A stretch of 63,946 bases of DNA, the filler included, from Olpidium bornovanus S191 (lineage: Eukaryota; Fungi; Olpidiomycota), in assembly GCA_017911155.1 (NCBI GenBank). It is 31 parts of 31 records of this genome, joined end to end, with 100 filler letters (N's around TTAATTAATTAA, not from the genome) between each part and the next. Parts side by side here need not be neighbours in the genome. Positions count along the whole stretch, not along the records: positions 47,953 to 49,812 come from JAEFCI010011647.1; positions 49,913 to 52,364 come from JAEFCI010002663.1; positions 52,465 to 55,933 come from JAEFCI010005843.1; positions 56,034 to 57,451 come from JAEFCI010008989.1; positions 57,552 to 58,668 come from JAEFCI010001290.1; positions 58,769 to 60,496 come from JAEFCI010000355.1; 25 more parts are not named here. The stretch is one strand, 5' to 3'. The number at the start of each line of letters is the position of its first letter. Position 1 is the first letter of the stretch. Made by a program: the position numbers and the translations under genes. Positions 48,502 to 60,481 of the stretch are shown piece after piece. The notes beneath the pieces are model-generated. The model saw nothing but the letters and a program-made list of their open reading frames with translations, was not told where the DNA came from and ran no database searches.

Positions 48502-50107
48502 AACACTGACAGGAAGACGGAATTTGCCACATTGACGGATGCGTTCCCGTATGCGGGGGCTTTAAGGAGCAACTTCCGAAAAAAAAACACTGTTTGCGAG
48601 GCATTTTTCGTGCGAGAAATGCTTCGGGAGTACACATTTGAGACATTGCGAGACATAAGACACAATTTAGAATGCAGCTCTGCAGACCTGTCCAGACAGA
48701 TTCTCGCTAAATGCTTTGCCGGACTAAAAAAAAACCTGTTGTCGACTCGACTAAACAACCAATGAGAATCTTGGATTGCTCCAGCGGTCCAACTTCCCAT
48801 TATATAAGATAATTCTCTCTTGACAGCTCGGCCTCCCTCGCCACACCCACCGTCGCTGCCTGTGGAGTTGGACAGTCGTGAGGGTTTGTACTGTGCCGGA
48901 TGGTTCGTGTTTAGCATATAGCTGCTCCGTGTGGGTCACGCGACCCACACCTACTCCAGTCATAAAATCCGCACGTTGCGGACGGCCGCCGGGGGAATCC
49001 TCTTTGTAGACATAGGAGGGCGTGGCCACCCGGGGTCGCTGCTAGGGCGCTCGTCGATGCGCACGCTGCTTTAGACTTGCATCGTCGACGATTCCTCCGA
49101 CTGATGCGTCGGCACCTCCTCGCCTCGCCCTCGTCGCTTTGCCAATCGGCCCTACGCCCCGACGCCAAGCTTCCCCCCCCCCCACCCCCCACCAATCACA
49201 TTGTTGAAACTGGGCTGAGGTCGCAGCGGCCGGCGGCCCCTCGGCGGGTTGACGGTCGAGCGACGCCCCTCCCACAAGCGGTGGCAGTGCCAGACGATGG
49301 GAGGGCTCGGGTTTTGCGCCCCGCGGTTTTCTCAGGTCGCCTACCCACACACATGGTATTATTGTTCGGTTCAACATAGGTGTACATGCCGTGAGAGTAT
49401 CAACTCTGTAACGAGCGCATCGTTCCGTCGGCACAGTCATCTATGCTGCCACTACTGCTGTTCCATCGATCATGCAGTCAATGCACCTGTCGACACCTCC
49501 ATCGATGCGTCGGTTTTCCCGTGGCATCGGCGCCTCCAGCAGATTCGTCCGAACTTTATTCCACGACGTCCCGAACACCCCATACCACCCGCTGATCAGG
49601 TCACCAGCCCAAGCGCGCAGAACGACGGCGCACCAACGACCTTCCCTGTAGCATCCACGTAGCAGAAGAAGAAAGAGAGTACCCAAAATCCACGGTCATC
49701 ACTGTCGCACCAACCTATTGACACGGTGCTGACGCGTCTTACCACGCCCACTCTCTCTGCCCTGGTTCCCCCCCGTGCGTGTGCAGACCCTGACAACTTC
49801 CGATGAGCCATGNNNNNNNNNNNNNNNNNNNNNNNNNNNNNNNNNNNNNNNNNNNNTTAATTAATTAANNNNNNNNNNNNNNNNNNNNNNNNNNNNNNNN
49901 NNNNNNNNNNNNCGTGAGCTCGCGCGACGCCAGTTCCAGCTGGAATTGGTCGTAGCCGGAGAACAAGTCGGCCATCGAATAAATTGCCGGCGCCGCAAAC
50001 AGCTCGACGTAGTCATCCAATACTGGCACCATGAGAATTCACTACGCACTCGGCGAGCTTCCCTTCCAAAGAGGGGGCACCAAGGGGTCACACCGTTTGG
50101 TTCTAAT

Positions 50108-50435
50108 TGTAACGAGCGAATGATGTGAATCTGAGCGCAGCGCGATCTGGAGATTCCCGTATTCACTAGTTTTGGTTCTGGATCTGGGTTCTGAGTTCTA
50201 GATCTGGAAAGGCTGTCTGTGGTTGTAAAGGCAAGATTTAGACGCGCTTTATATAGGCGCGGCCTACGGCCGGCGCCGCGCATGTGGTGGTTGTAGATAG
50301 TGCGTTCCACTCTGGCCACGTACCGCGCCGTTTTCTGAGGGTATCACGTAAAAGCTTACGGTATTGAGAGAGATGATTGAGCAAGCACGGACGTGTGCTT
50401 TACACACTATTACTGGGTTACGAGCGCTCGTGACA
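50108..50435 (-). mobile_element. Complete 328-bp LTR (TG...CA), probably a 3' LTR
   Basis: Begins TGTCACGAGCG and ends CGCTCGTTACA (10/11 inverted match); preceded by purine tract AGAGGGG; internal TATATAAG; no target-site duplication. Confidence 0.8.
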
Positions 50436-50803
50436 CCCCTCTGGCCAACGTATCTGATCAGGTGTGTGCGCACACCTTCTTAAGCTTATTCCTCGTTTTC
50501 GGAAAACTGACGGATAACTGGCAAATCAGATTCGGCTCCATATGTGATGGTGGATGTTCCTTGCTCGAAGGCGCTGGTTTGTTGAACCGTCCGCTTTCGC
50601 CGACACAACTGCCCAAAAGAAGATGACCGCCAGTATCTAGTGCTAAGCAGTATTGTCCTGTTCCTCCGGCCGTTCGCGGATAGCTCGCGACCCGAAAGGA
50701 GAGCCGATTGCAGCTATCGGCCAATTCTCCGCCGACGCAATCCTCCAAACTAACTCCAACCCGAAAAACCGAATTTGCCAAAGACTGCGGCACGCAGTCC
50801 AGG

Positions 50804-51938
50804 TCATTTATTCCTCCCGAGGTCTTCTCGCCGGGCGCTCAATTGCGCGATATCCGCCTCCAGCGCGGCGCACGCCAAGTCCGTCCGCAGGATAGACCCA
50901 ATCAGCTGGTTCCACTCTTCATTCGCAGCGTACAGAGCAGCCCCTAATTGAAGCTGGAAAAAACGGGGATGATTTGTGAATATGCAAAAATGTCGGAATT
51001 CTGGACGGATCACCGGAAGTTCCGAGACGCACAAAAAAGAAAAAAAAACAACAAGGGCGCCGGGGAACGAGGTTCCGCTGACCTGCTCTCGCTTCCGCTC
51101 CTTGTTAACTTCAACCGACTGCCGGTTAAGCTTCTCCGTCTCCGCCTGGATGATGGCGGCGGTGTGCTCGAGTTGGAAGTTGTGGACAAGCCAGGCGTTA
51201 GGGCCAAACTTCGTGGCCAGCTCCGCGTTGATGCCCTGCGTCGACATGTGCTCGATCCCGGTTTTTGCCCGGTCTATCACGGCGCGCCACCTTCGCTCCT
51301 CCCGCTCCCCCCCTTCCCCGCCGCCTCCGTGCTCCTCCTCCTCCTGCTCCTCTCTCTCCACTTCTTCCACGTCGGGGAGCGCGTACCGCGCCGAGTCCAA
51401 AGCCGGCAGCGGCGCCCTGGACTGCACCCTCGCGAGCTCGGAGCGCCAGAGCGGGGCCGACGCGAACAGGTCGTCAACGTTCGCGGGCAGGGCGTCCAGC
51501 GCCCGCCGTGCAGCCGCGCTCTGCTTGGATATCTTCGCCATCTCCTGTTCGACCAAGCTGTCAACAGCGGCTCGCATCCCGGGAAGTTCCAGCTCCTTGT
51601 CGATGTCTATGTTTTGTTCGTCGTGCGGCAAAACAAAAAAGCAATGAGGACGAGCGTGGGGCGGCGCGGACGCGGGAAATAAAAAAAGACGCCCCGGCGG
51701 AAGGCGCCGCCGGCGGCGTCTTCGGGGAAAACGTAGTGGGAGAAGCGTTTCGAGCAACGGGTTCGTGGCATGGACGCGCAAGATTATTTTTTTTTGCGGG
51801 CCCCTCCTTGCACGTACACGGCAGCGAGTCCATGGGCTCGTAGACGCCCCTGCTGTTCGCGCTCCCCTGCGGTCGCTCCTGCTGCTGTTGCGGCCCATCG
51901 GCGGGGGGCACGACGGCGACGGCCAGCAAGTCCTGCAT
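50804..51938 (-). CDS. SPF27: Pre-mRNA splicing factor SPF27/BCAS2/Cwf7, complete, three exons
   Basis: MDSLP|YIDKELELPGMRAAVDSLVEQEM...ALDSARYALP...ELATKFGPNAWLVHNFQLE...EVNKERKREQ|..LYAANEEWNQLI..LE. Confidence 0.92.
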
Positions 51939-51972
51939 GGCTTCCGCTTTTTTTTTCCTTTTTATTTCCCCT

Positions 51973-52166
51973 AATAAATTTTTGTCGTCGTTCGGAGATG
52001 CCGCCTCCGCGGCGGACCCGATCCGCCACTGGTGGTTACGGTCACGTGGCGTGGTAGTTACAATCACGTGGCGTGACGGTTACAGTCACGGTCGTGACGC
52101 CAAAAGCGAAAGAAACTCCTGTAAACCCTAACCTAACGGTTCGGGAATAAATTTTTGTCGTCGTTC
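51973..52166. promoter_or_regulatory. Repeated motif cluster upstream of SPF27
   Basis: 21-bp direct repeat AATAAATTTTTGTCGTCGTTC (51973, 52146) flanking three GTTACnnTCACG(T/G) units, two with CACGTG, plus AAACCCTAA. Confidence 0.45.
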
Positions 52167-53721
52167 CGGTGACACACGCCGACGGCGGCCAGGAGAAACC
52201 GAACGTGCAAACGAACCCTCCCCTTCTCCAATCACGTAATTGACATGGCGCCCAGCTCCTCCGTGGCGGGGGGCCATTCAGTAAATCAACGCAACAAGCG
52301 TGAGTCGAATGACCTGAAGCGAAACAATTATCTGCGAGGGTCCGCAGTACATATGGGACAGTGCNNNNNNNNNNNNNNNNNNNNNNNNNNNNNNNNNNNN
52401 NNNNNNNNTTAATTAATTAANNNNNNNNNNNNNNNNNNNNNNNNNNNNNNNNNNNNNNNNNNNNCATGCCAGTTCTTGACGCAGCTGTTCCAGCTTCTCC
52501 CTGTGGCGCTGCTCTGCTTCCTCCTTCCGGTGACGCTCCCTGAGCATCTTGACACTGTCCAGAGCTGGTCTGGACCGCCTGGAGGTTGCAGTAGAGGCCG
52601 TAGTGCTTCCTTTGCGTTGTTTGCGGAGTTCTGGAGTCTGCAGCGCACCTGGCATGGTTGCGCGGGTGCTTCCTTCCATGGTTTGGTTTTGAGCGTTTTG
52701 GACGGGGATTCTAGTGATTGGGCTCATAACCTGGAGAATTCCCGTGCCTTTTTCGGGGGAAGGAGAGCTCTGCCGGGGCTAGTTTGTTCCGTGATTCTAC
52801 CCGGTTTTGTAGGGAGGAGTTCAGGGGTGAAAATCGGCGGGCGAAGTGCTCTATCCTTCCCTGGAACCCCTTTTCTTTCTCGTCAGGTGGGGCGCCGATG
52901 TCCAGAATCGGAATCGCTTAGTAGAGAGTAAAGTAGGTTTCTGTAGGCGCCACGTTGCGGACTGATGCTCCCGCGCCGAGGGGCGGGGGGGGGGGGGTGG
53001 GGGGGGGGGGGGGGGGGGGGGGGGGGTGATGACAGGGGCCAGGAAAAAAAATAGCGAAAGGCGTTGGCATGGTCTTACTGGAAATCTCAATTCATTGCAG
53101 CAAGCGACCGCCGCATTTGCTGTGAGCCGGTCCAAAGTTTGTAAAAGGTGGGCCTCGCTCCCCTCAGCATGGTCCAGAACATTCTGCAGGTGGAAGTTCC
53201 GATGGCGCCGCGTGAATGATACGATGATGCCGCCATCCGTTTGGTTGAACCTTTTGACGGTGTCTCGGGTGGCGGCGGCTGAACACTGATTATTTTGTCA
53301 GCAATCGTCGGTCAGTAGAGCGCTACGGCTTCTGGGGACAAAATCGGCGGTCCACGTGACCCGCACCCCGAACCCCAGCACTTTTGATACAAAGTTTTGT
53401 TTTTTTTTTTTTTTTCCCCGCGCGGGACCCGCAACCCCTTCGGGCCCCCACAACCCCGCGTCAACTCCCTCCCGTCCTCCGCGGCTGTCAATTCTCTCCT
53501 CCCTGAGCGGCGGCCCGGCGGGAGCCCGCGCCGGAAGGCGGACACGCGGGGCGCCACGCGCGTCCATGGCCAAGAGGAGTGCCGCATGTCGGCCTCTGCC
53601 GGCTGCCACGCCTTCGGCTGCCCCGGGGGTAGCTGGGTATAAAAGTAGAGCCCCCTTCTCACCCCCGCCTTGGGTTCTGAACGTAAACCTTTTACCGCCT
53701 TCCTCGAACCTCCTCGCGTTG

Positions 53722-54015
53722 AATTTCGAACTCGCAAGCAGTACGAAAAGTTCTCCTGCTCGCCCCGACCGGTGTGTTGTCTTTGACCTTGACCTGTGGC
53801 GTTCTGACTGTCAACCCAAGAGGTCTTTTACGCCCGAGTTCAACCCGAGCCCGTCGAGCAACCACGTACACTTCGAATTCGACTCGCAACCAATACCGAA
53901 AAGCTCCTGCTCCACCGACCGGTGTGTTGTCTTTGACCTTGACCTGTGCGTTCTGACTCTCAACCCCCAAGAGGCATTTTACAACCAGAGCCCAACCCGA
54001 GCCCGTCGAGCAACA
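53722..54015. repeat. About 150-bp tandem duplication, two copies
   Basis: Shared CCGACCGGTGTGTTGTCTTTGACCTTGACCTGTG and CAACCCGAGCCCGTCGAGCAAC blocks. Confidence 0.9.
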
Positions 54016-54183
54016 GCCCGACCGCTTCTGAGAGTGTACGGCGCAACTTTGACAGCAGCGGCCAAGCCTTCAAGCCGCATACGCCAACTTGCAGCTTTAG
54101 ACGACCGGGGGCTCGGCCCCGAAGGTTGACCTCCGAAGGTTTCCGAGGTCAATCGCGGAGTTACCAAGCTCACTATTTGCAAA

Positions 54184-54335
54184 AGTTGCCATTTCTTTCT
54201 GGAGAAGACCGACAGCATCATACCGTGAAGAATAGTTGCGATTTTTCTTTGGAGGAAAACCGACAGCCCCATAACGTGAAGTATAGTTGCGATTTTTCTC
54301 TGGAAAAAGACCGACAGCCGCATACCGTGAAGAAT
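54184..54335. repeat. About 51-bp tandem repeat, three copies
   Basis: AGTTGC(G/C)ATTT..CTGGA..A.ACCGACAGC..CATA.CGTGAAG repeated head to tail. Confidence 0.9.
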
Positions 54336-56033
54336 TGTCAACCCCTGTCCCGGCAGTACATACGCACGCCTGCGGGCGTGCCGCGGCCCGGTTGGCGTGC
54401 ATCTCGAAAGGCTTTGATGGGACCACCCAGGTCAACCAGAACGACAAATTTCGTGGAAAAGTCCGGTGCAGGATGAAGGGTCCCTTTGACTCCATCGGAT
54501 TTTCTTGCGATGTTCAGGGCTTCAATGTCGTCCCGCCAACCACCGAAGTCTGTTGACGACCCCAACCGCGTAGTTCGTTGCCCGTGTTCAGGAACGGGAC
54601 CGACGCCTGCGTTCGTGGGGCGGCCCACCTTGTGCGAGTCTGTAAGTTTCCGGTCGGCCGTCAACCTGGTGGAGGCCCAGTGCTCGCGCATTGATCGAGA
54701 CGAAACATTAGATTATACCTGTCCACTATTACTAAAGATATTTGTATTAGTCAGATTTGAACTGATTTAGAAGGATCCAATCTGCTAGCAATGTATTTTT
54801 GAGAAGGTTTATGCCGCGAACGAGGACCTGAAGTGTCGAAATCTCGTCGGACCAGGAACTGTCATGCTACGGCTTTATAGAACACTACAACGCCCTTTTG
54901 ATTTTGAGTAGCACGCTCCCTGTATAGAGACGTGAGTGGGCCGCCGGTGCTGCTGGACTGTACTAGCGAAGAAGCAGCTTTAACACAGAATGAGTTTTTG
55001 TGGGACATGCGAATGGACACCGCGGCACAGGTCGCAGCCATGGGAGCCCTTTTTGTGGAAGACGCAGCGCCTGGCATTAGGTCTGTCGCCACCTTCGACG
55101 CCTTACGAAAAGTCGGTTCTCCACTGCTGGGGTGACCCGCGCGAAGAAAAGCCCGCACGACGAAAAATCCCCGCCGCCAATGAGGAAATAGCCCTGTGAC
55201 GCGGTATGCCGAAGAAATCAAGCGTTTGGCTCTCCTCTTCTGGCAATAAGAGACTAATGGCGCTACTGGAATCTCTGCAGCCGGCCTGCTGAGAAGTTGA
55301 TGATATCATTTAGAATCTCACAAGACTCTTAATTCGGGTCAGGTCTCCCGGCCATATCGTGATGATGGCACCGGAGAATCCAGGACACGAGAGGCTCTTC
55401 CCCAACCGGATAATCGATGGCGGGGGGAAGCCTCGTTCTGAGAGTGACTGCATCCAAGTTATTAAACTTATCGTGTTCCTTGATTATATAGTTGATTAAA
55501 GCCTGGGAAAACGCTTTCTGCAAGCCAAAATGGTCCTTGAGTTATGCTTGGAGGGCTATAACTCACTAGAGGATTTATTTCGAAGTCACTTTCCTGTAGT
55601 GCACAAAAAAAAAAGCGCAAACGTTTCGCGGGAGCGAGCGAAAAAAAAAAAAAAACCCAAAAAAACAAAAAAATCGGGCAAATGTTTCGCGACCCATTTT
55701 TCCAAGGCGGTGGCCCGGCAGAGGGAAGAAGCCGGGGAGCTGCGGGTGGAGAGATCTGGCCGCTTGGGCGAAATGGTTGCGGGTTAGTCTTCCGCCGATC
55801 TCGAGCCGCGGCGGGGGCGTGGGGGTGGGCGTTTTCGGCGCTCCTCTCTTTTGGGGTGGGAGGGGGGGATGTGGGGGGGGGGGGGGCATGTTGGGAATAA
55901 AGGGGGGAGGCGAGCTCCTGGCGCACTGCGCGCNNNNNNNNNNNNNNNNNNNNNNNNNNNNNNNNNNNNNNNNNNNNTTAATTAATTAANNNNNNNNNNN
56001 NNNNNNNNNNNNNNNNNNNNNNNNNNNNNNNNN

Positions 56034-56204
56034 CATGTTCAAGACTTCAAGCGGCTCGTCCTCTCCAGCGTCGCGCTTCTCGAGAGTCGTCCGGATCTCG
56101 CCAAGCGCCGCCGGTAAAATGTCGCCATTCTGGACAAACGCGACGCCGAACGCTGCACAGCAGGTGGCTACCGCCACAGCGGTCAATCCGAAATGTGCCC
56201 GCAT
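56034..56204 (-). CDS. N-terminus of a putative secreted protein, 3'-truncated
   Basis: MRAHFGLTAVAVATCCAAFGVAF signal-like segment, then LEKR|D Kex2-like site. Confidence 0.5.
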
Positions 56205-57094
56205 TTCAAAGGTTATGCCAAGACGGAAAAGGTTGTGGCCGAAAAACAAAAAAAAAAAAAATACCAAAACATATATAAAACCAAGTGACTGTTTCTTGGG
56301 AGACCAAAAAATACGCCGTCCCGGGGACGATCTTCCGTAGAAGTGGGTGTGGGGGGCGGGGAGGGACAGGAAAGAATTGGAGTGGAGCGGGGGGAAATTC
56401 AAGGTCGTTTTCCGGAAGTTATGAGGGACGGGTGTCCCAAAGCCGTCCCAACGCGAATAATTTCCGGAGAGTGCGGAGCGGCTGGCGCTTCGGAGCGCGC
56501 CCGCGAAAAATTCCGAGGCGCGCCCGGTTGCCACGTGGCGCGGGTTTCCCTGCCAACGCCCAACCGCAGGCCCGACCCGACCCCGCCCGGCCCCCGCCCG
56601 GCCCCCGCCCGACGCGCGAAATCCGGCTCACGCTGGCCCGCCTTTGCGCCCGAAACACCAAAGGTTTTCACCCTACTGTAACTGTAAGTGAACCCCCGCC
56701 TACCCCGCGCGCCCCCTCTGGGCGGGAGGGTGGCGTGTGGGTTGGGGGAGAGGAGAGAGGGGGAGGGAATTTTCCCGTCCTCCTCCGCCTGCCTTCCCCT
56801 CCCCCAACCCCATTCTCCTCCTCGCCACGTGCGTCCGCAATAGAACGAGGGGTGAAAAAACCAACAAAATAATCAATCGGGCGGCGCGCATTTTTTTTTT
56901 TTTTTTTTTTTTTTCCTTCCGAAGGAGCGATCCTCGCATTCGCCGCTGATTATCACAGAACGCACTCGTACACACACGCACACACCACACGCACACACAC
57001 ACACGCACACTCCGCCTGCGGTTGTCGACCGACCGTTTGTGAAAGAGAAAAAGAGGCCAGGAGAGAACTTCGGTCAGCGTCTTCTCAGGAGAAC

Positions 57095-57451
57095 ATGCTG
57101 CGTGATGCCACATCGCGGGCCCGCCGGCGGCAGCAGCAGCAACCGCGGCGGCGTCCCTCGGCGGCAACCGGCGGGATCCGCCAGCCGAACCTGGCGTACA
57201 CCGCGCTGGCGGCGGTCCTGGCGCTCGCGACCGCCGCCGCGGCCATCGGCCCACCGACAAACTCGCTCCGTCTCTTCACCATGTACGAGATCGCCTGGGT
57301 CGATCCCCAGACTGGCCAGTTCGGCGCCAACATGACCTTCTTCCGGTCGACCGCCGCTAGCCCGGCGCCCGGTTGGGGCACCCTCTTGACGTTCAGGAAC
57401 AAAAAGATCGCCGTCGAAAACTTCTGGGACACCGAGCAGTTTGACGCTGCC
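57095..57451 (+). CDS. N-terminus of a hypothetical secreted or membrane protein, 3'-truncated
   Basis: LAYTALAAVLALATAAAAIG hydrophobic segment; strong C/G third-position bias in the following codons. Confidence 0.6.
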
Positions 57452-57676
57452 NNNNNNNNNNNNNNNNNNNNNNNNNNNNNNNNNNNNNNNNNNNNTTAAT
57501 TAATTAANNNNNNNNNNNNNNNNNNNNNNNNNNNNNNNNNNNNNNNNNNNNCATGGGGAGGGTTGGTCTCTATGCGTACGTGTGCTGCATAAGTCGGCCG
57601 TTAGGCGGTTATTTTCACGCGACGGCGCTTACGAATGCTCTTTTGCTCGTACCTGTTCCGCTGGCTATGTTTGCAG

Positions 57677-58650
57677 TGCCGAAGGGTGGAGACGCTGTAA
57701 GTAGGAACAACTGGTACGACGCAATGGAGTCGTGCTAGTTTCGCAGCCGGTCTCAATTCGTGGCGCCCTTCAATGGCAGGTCTGGGGAGATGAAGTGTCC
57801 GCGCCAGACGACATCGAGCTCACACGGAAGAACGACGGCGACGGCTCTTTCCGCCCGCTGGACGATATTGGGCACCAAGCGGATCCGCGCCCGTCGCAGA
57901 ACAATTCAGAGGTCCGCATCCGTAGCGGGACTTCCTGGAAAAACTCTACTTCTGCGCAACACTCCCAGCGAGCTGCACGGCCCCAGCGGCAGCAGTCTGG
58001 ATCGACATACGGGACGCTTTTGACTTTCGCGAGACCGCCCGGCGACCAGCGGCAGCTGGACGCAGAACCCAGTACCAACCTCACGGCTTCGGGGGCACTG
58101 GAACTCATTTTGTCCTCTTCGCCGGACTGGTTCGGCAAATCCATGAACGAGCATTACTCATTCCAGCACACGACGTCCCCCGAGGAACTTGAGAAGGCGG
58201 AGAAGGAACCGAGGCGGTGGACGAACCCGCTGGAGTCGAGGTTGCCCTTCGCCCCGGACATGAGGATTGTTTGTCAGTGTTTGGCCGTCGAAATCAGCAT
58301 ATAGCCTTTTGCGCTTTTGGCGTTCCGCCAGCGGCCCGCCAGCCCCGTTGATTTCAAAAGGCCGTGACCCTAGGCATGTACGGCGTCGGGAAGCCGACCG
58401 AGCGCAAGTACGTCTACCGGCACGACAGGGACGAGGGACGCGGAGTGAGCTCCTTGGGACGGGCATTCAAGCTTTTTGCCATGGCCGATCCCGGTCAAGG
58501 CGGCGCTGGGCAGTGCGGCACGTCGAACGCGTCGGAGTCCTGCGGAAGCGGGGAACGCCGAGACCCCCCAGCCCGGCCTTTCCTCGTCATCGACACGAGT
58601 TACAGCAGCTCCGAGCACATCGCTAGCAGCGGTGTGCACACATCGGAGGG
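57677..58650 (+). CDS. LRO1: Phospholipid:diacylglycerol acyltransferase (PDAT/Lro1), internal exons
   Basis: MPKGGDA|VWGD...WTNPLESRLPFAPDMRIV|CMYGVGKPTERKYVY...VIDT..SGVHTSEG|. Confidence 0.9.
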
Positions 58651-58970
58651 GTACGCCGCCCTTTCCCANNNNNNNNNNNNNNNNNNNNNNNNNNNNNNNN
58701 NNNNNNNNNNNNTTAATTAATTAANNNNNNNNNNNNNNNNNNNNNNNNNNNNNNNNNNNNNNNNNNNNCCCACCCCCGCCGCGCTCCCCCCCCCCCCCCC
58801 CCCCTCGCCCCCCCGCCCCCCCCCCCCCCCCCCCTCCATCCCCCCCCCCCCCCCCCCCTCCCCCCCCACACACACGTACACACACACACATCCACCGCCC
58901 ACCGAAGGCGGAGAATTCTGGCCGGGTTTGTAAAACTGTTTTCGCCGTCGTTTTTTTTTTTTTTTCCCAG

Positions 58971-59207
58971 GGCCTTTTCGGCTTCCTCATCAACGTCGCC
59001 GGGTTCCTGCAAGTGAAGGTGACGTCTCCGATCACGCACTGCATCTCCTCGGCCGTCCGCGGGGTCCTGCAGACGATCGTGGCCGTGATCCTGTTCGGCG
59101 ACGTCGTGACCGTCTCCCGCGCCTGGGGGATCCTCCTCATCCTGGCGGGAGGCATCGCCTACACAATTGTCCGCGACCGGGAGCTGAAGCGCAAGTGGGA
59201 CGCCGGC

Positions 59208-59249
<42 letters not shown>

Positions 59250-59387
59250 AAAGGCCTCTTCTCGTCGCCGCCGCAGGGCGGCCGAAAGCAGTCCCAGAAC
59301 GAAGCGGCCGCCGCGCTCATTCAGATGGAGGAGGGCGCGACCGAGGAGCACGACGTCTCAACCGTAGACGGGAAGAGGGTGCGGTAG
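58971..59387 (+). CDS. Nucleotide-sugar transporter, GDP-fucose transporter (SLC35C1)-like, last exon
   Basis: GLFGFLINVAGFLQVKVTSPITHCISSAVRGVLQTIVAVILFGD..GGIAYTIVR follows the LQIK.TSP.TH..S...K/R..QT pattern. Confidence 0.8.
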
Positions 59388-59809
59388 ATAGTCTGCGGAG
59401 TTCGTCGTTTTCTGCCCCGTTTTCGTTTTATTTTTATTTTTACGTTTTTTTTTTCCCCCTGTATGCTTTCCGCCCCGCCCCTCCGCCCCGCGTGCGAGGG
59501 CGTAGTCCCGGCAATGTGTTTATTTCTTTTCACACTTTCCCGCGTTAGACAATATTAATACGAGCCGCCCCATCCCCTCGCCCCTTCCCCCAATTCATCC
59601 CCACCCCTGACTTTGTGTATTCCCCGCTGCGGAAATTCGCAACGTGAATCCTCCCGCCAAAAAACCTACACACTCACACGACACGCAACCGCGAACTTAA
59701 GAAAACTGTCTGCCCTTCTTTTACTCTGCTCTTTCTCTGGGTGCCCGCCAAGACTTCAACTGGCAGCTTTGGCACTTTTGTCACGCGAGCGCAGTCGGCG
59801 CGGTGTTTT

Positions 59810-59843
<34 letters not shown>

Positions 59844-60124
59844 GAGACGTTCATTTTCCCCCTTTCCCTGCTCCTCCATTCCCGTGCTGCTAAGGAGTGC
59901 CAGGCACGACTCGTCTTTCCGCCGTCGACCACCCCTTTGTTGAATATGGGTGCAAAAACGCAATCCACACGCAACTATCCAAGTGCACAGTGACTTCCAA
60001 AAACTCTACCCCAAATATCACCAATCAACTCCATTCGCCATCCTGCACCGTTCCGGTTGTAGTGTAGCAATATCTACATGAAACTTAACAAAGTGAATCT
60101 ACAGGATGGCTGGAAGTGCATTAC

Positions 60125-60481
60125 TTAGTTGCTGTTAATGGTGACTTCGACCTCGACTCCGGGTTCAATCGAAATGGAGGGGATCTCTGCAAAAATACAA
60201 TGGCCAAAACAAAAATAAACAATTCAACGCCTTGCATTCCAGAGGCTTAGTCAGCTCCCAAACTGCGCAACCGGAAAAATACGCACGCTTCACGATCTCG
60301 GACGGGCTGTGCAGATCGATGAGACGCTTGTGGATGCGCATCTCGTAGCGATCAAATGTCTTGGAACCTTCACCGCATGGCGACTTGCGAGTCGTGATGC
60401 GGAGGACCTTGGTCGGAAGGCGGACGGGACCCTTCACGCGAAGACGCTTCTCCTTGGAACGACCAATCAGATCTGAGCAGA
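60125..60481 (-). CDS. RPS20: 40S ribosomal protein uS10 (S20), 5'-partial; exons 60481-60287, 60186-60125
   Basis: [65 protein letters not shown]|[17 protein letters not shown]. Confidence 0.97.

Noticed and set aside
50948-51682. Plus-strand ORFs overlapping SPF27 (and similar antisense ORFs over ASNS, ELMO and the R3H gene)
   Set aside because: They are antisense shadows of high-GC3 coding sequence.
52930-53290. Spliced minus-strand exons of a named gene
   Set aside because: There is an open frame with GT-AG borders, but I could not recognise any family, so it is left uncalled.
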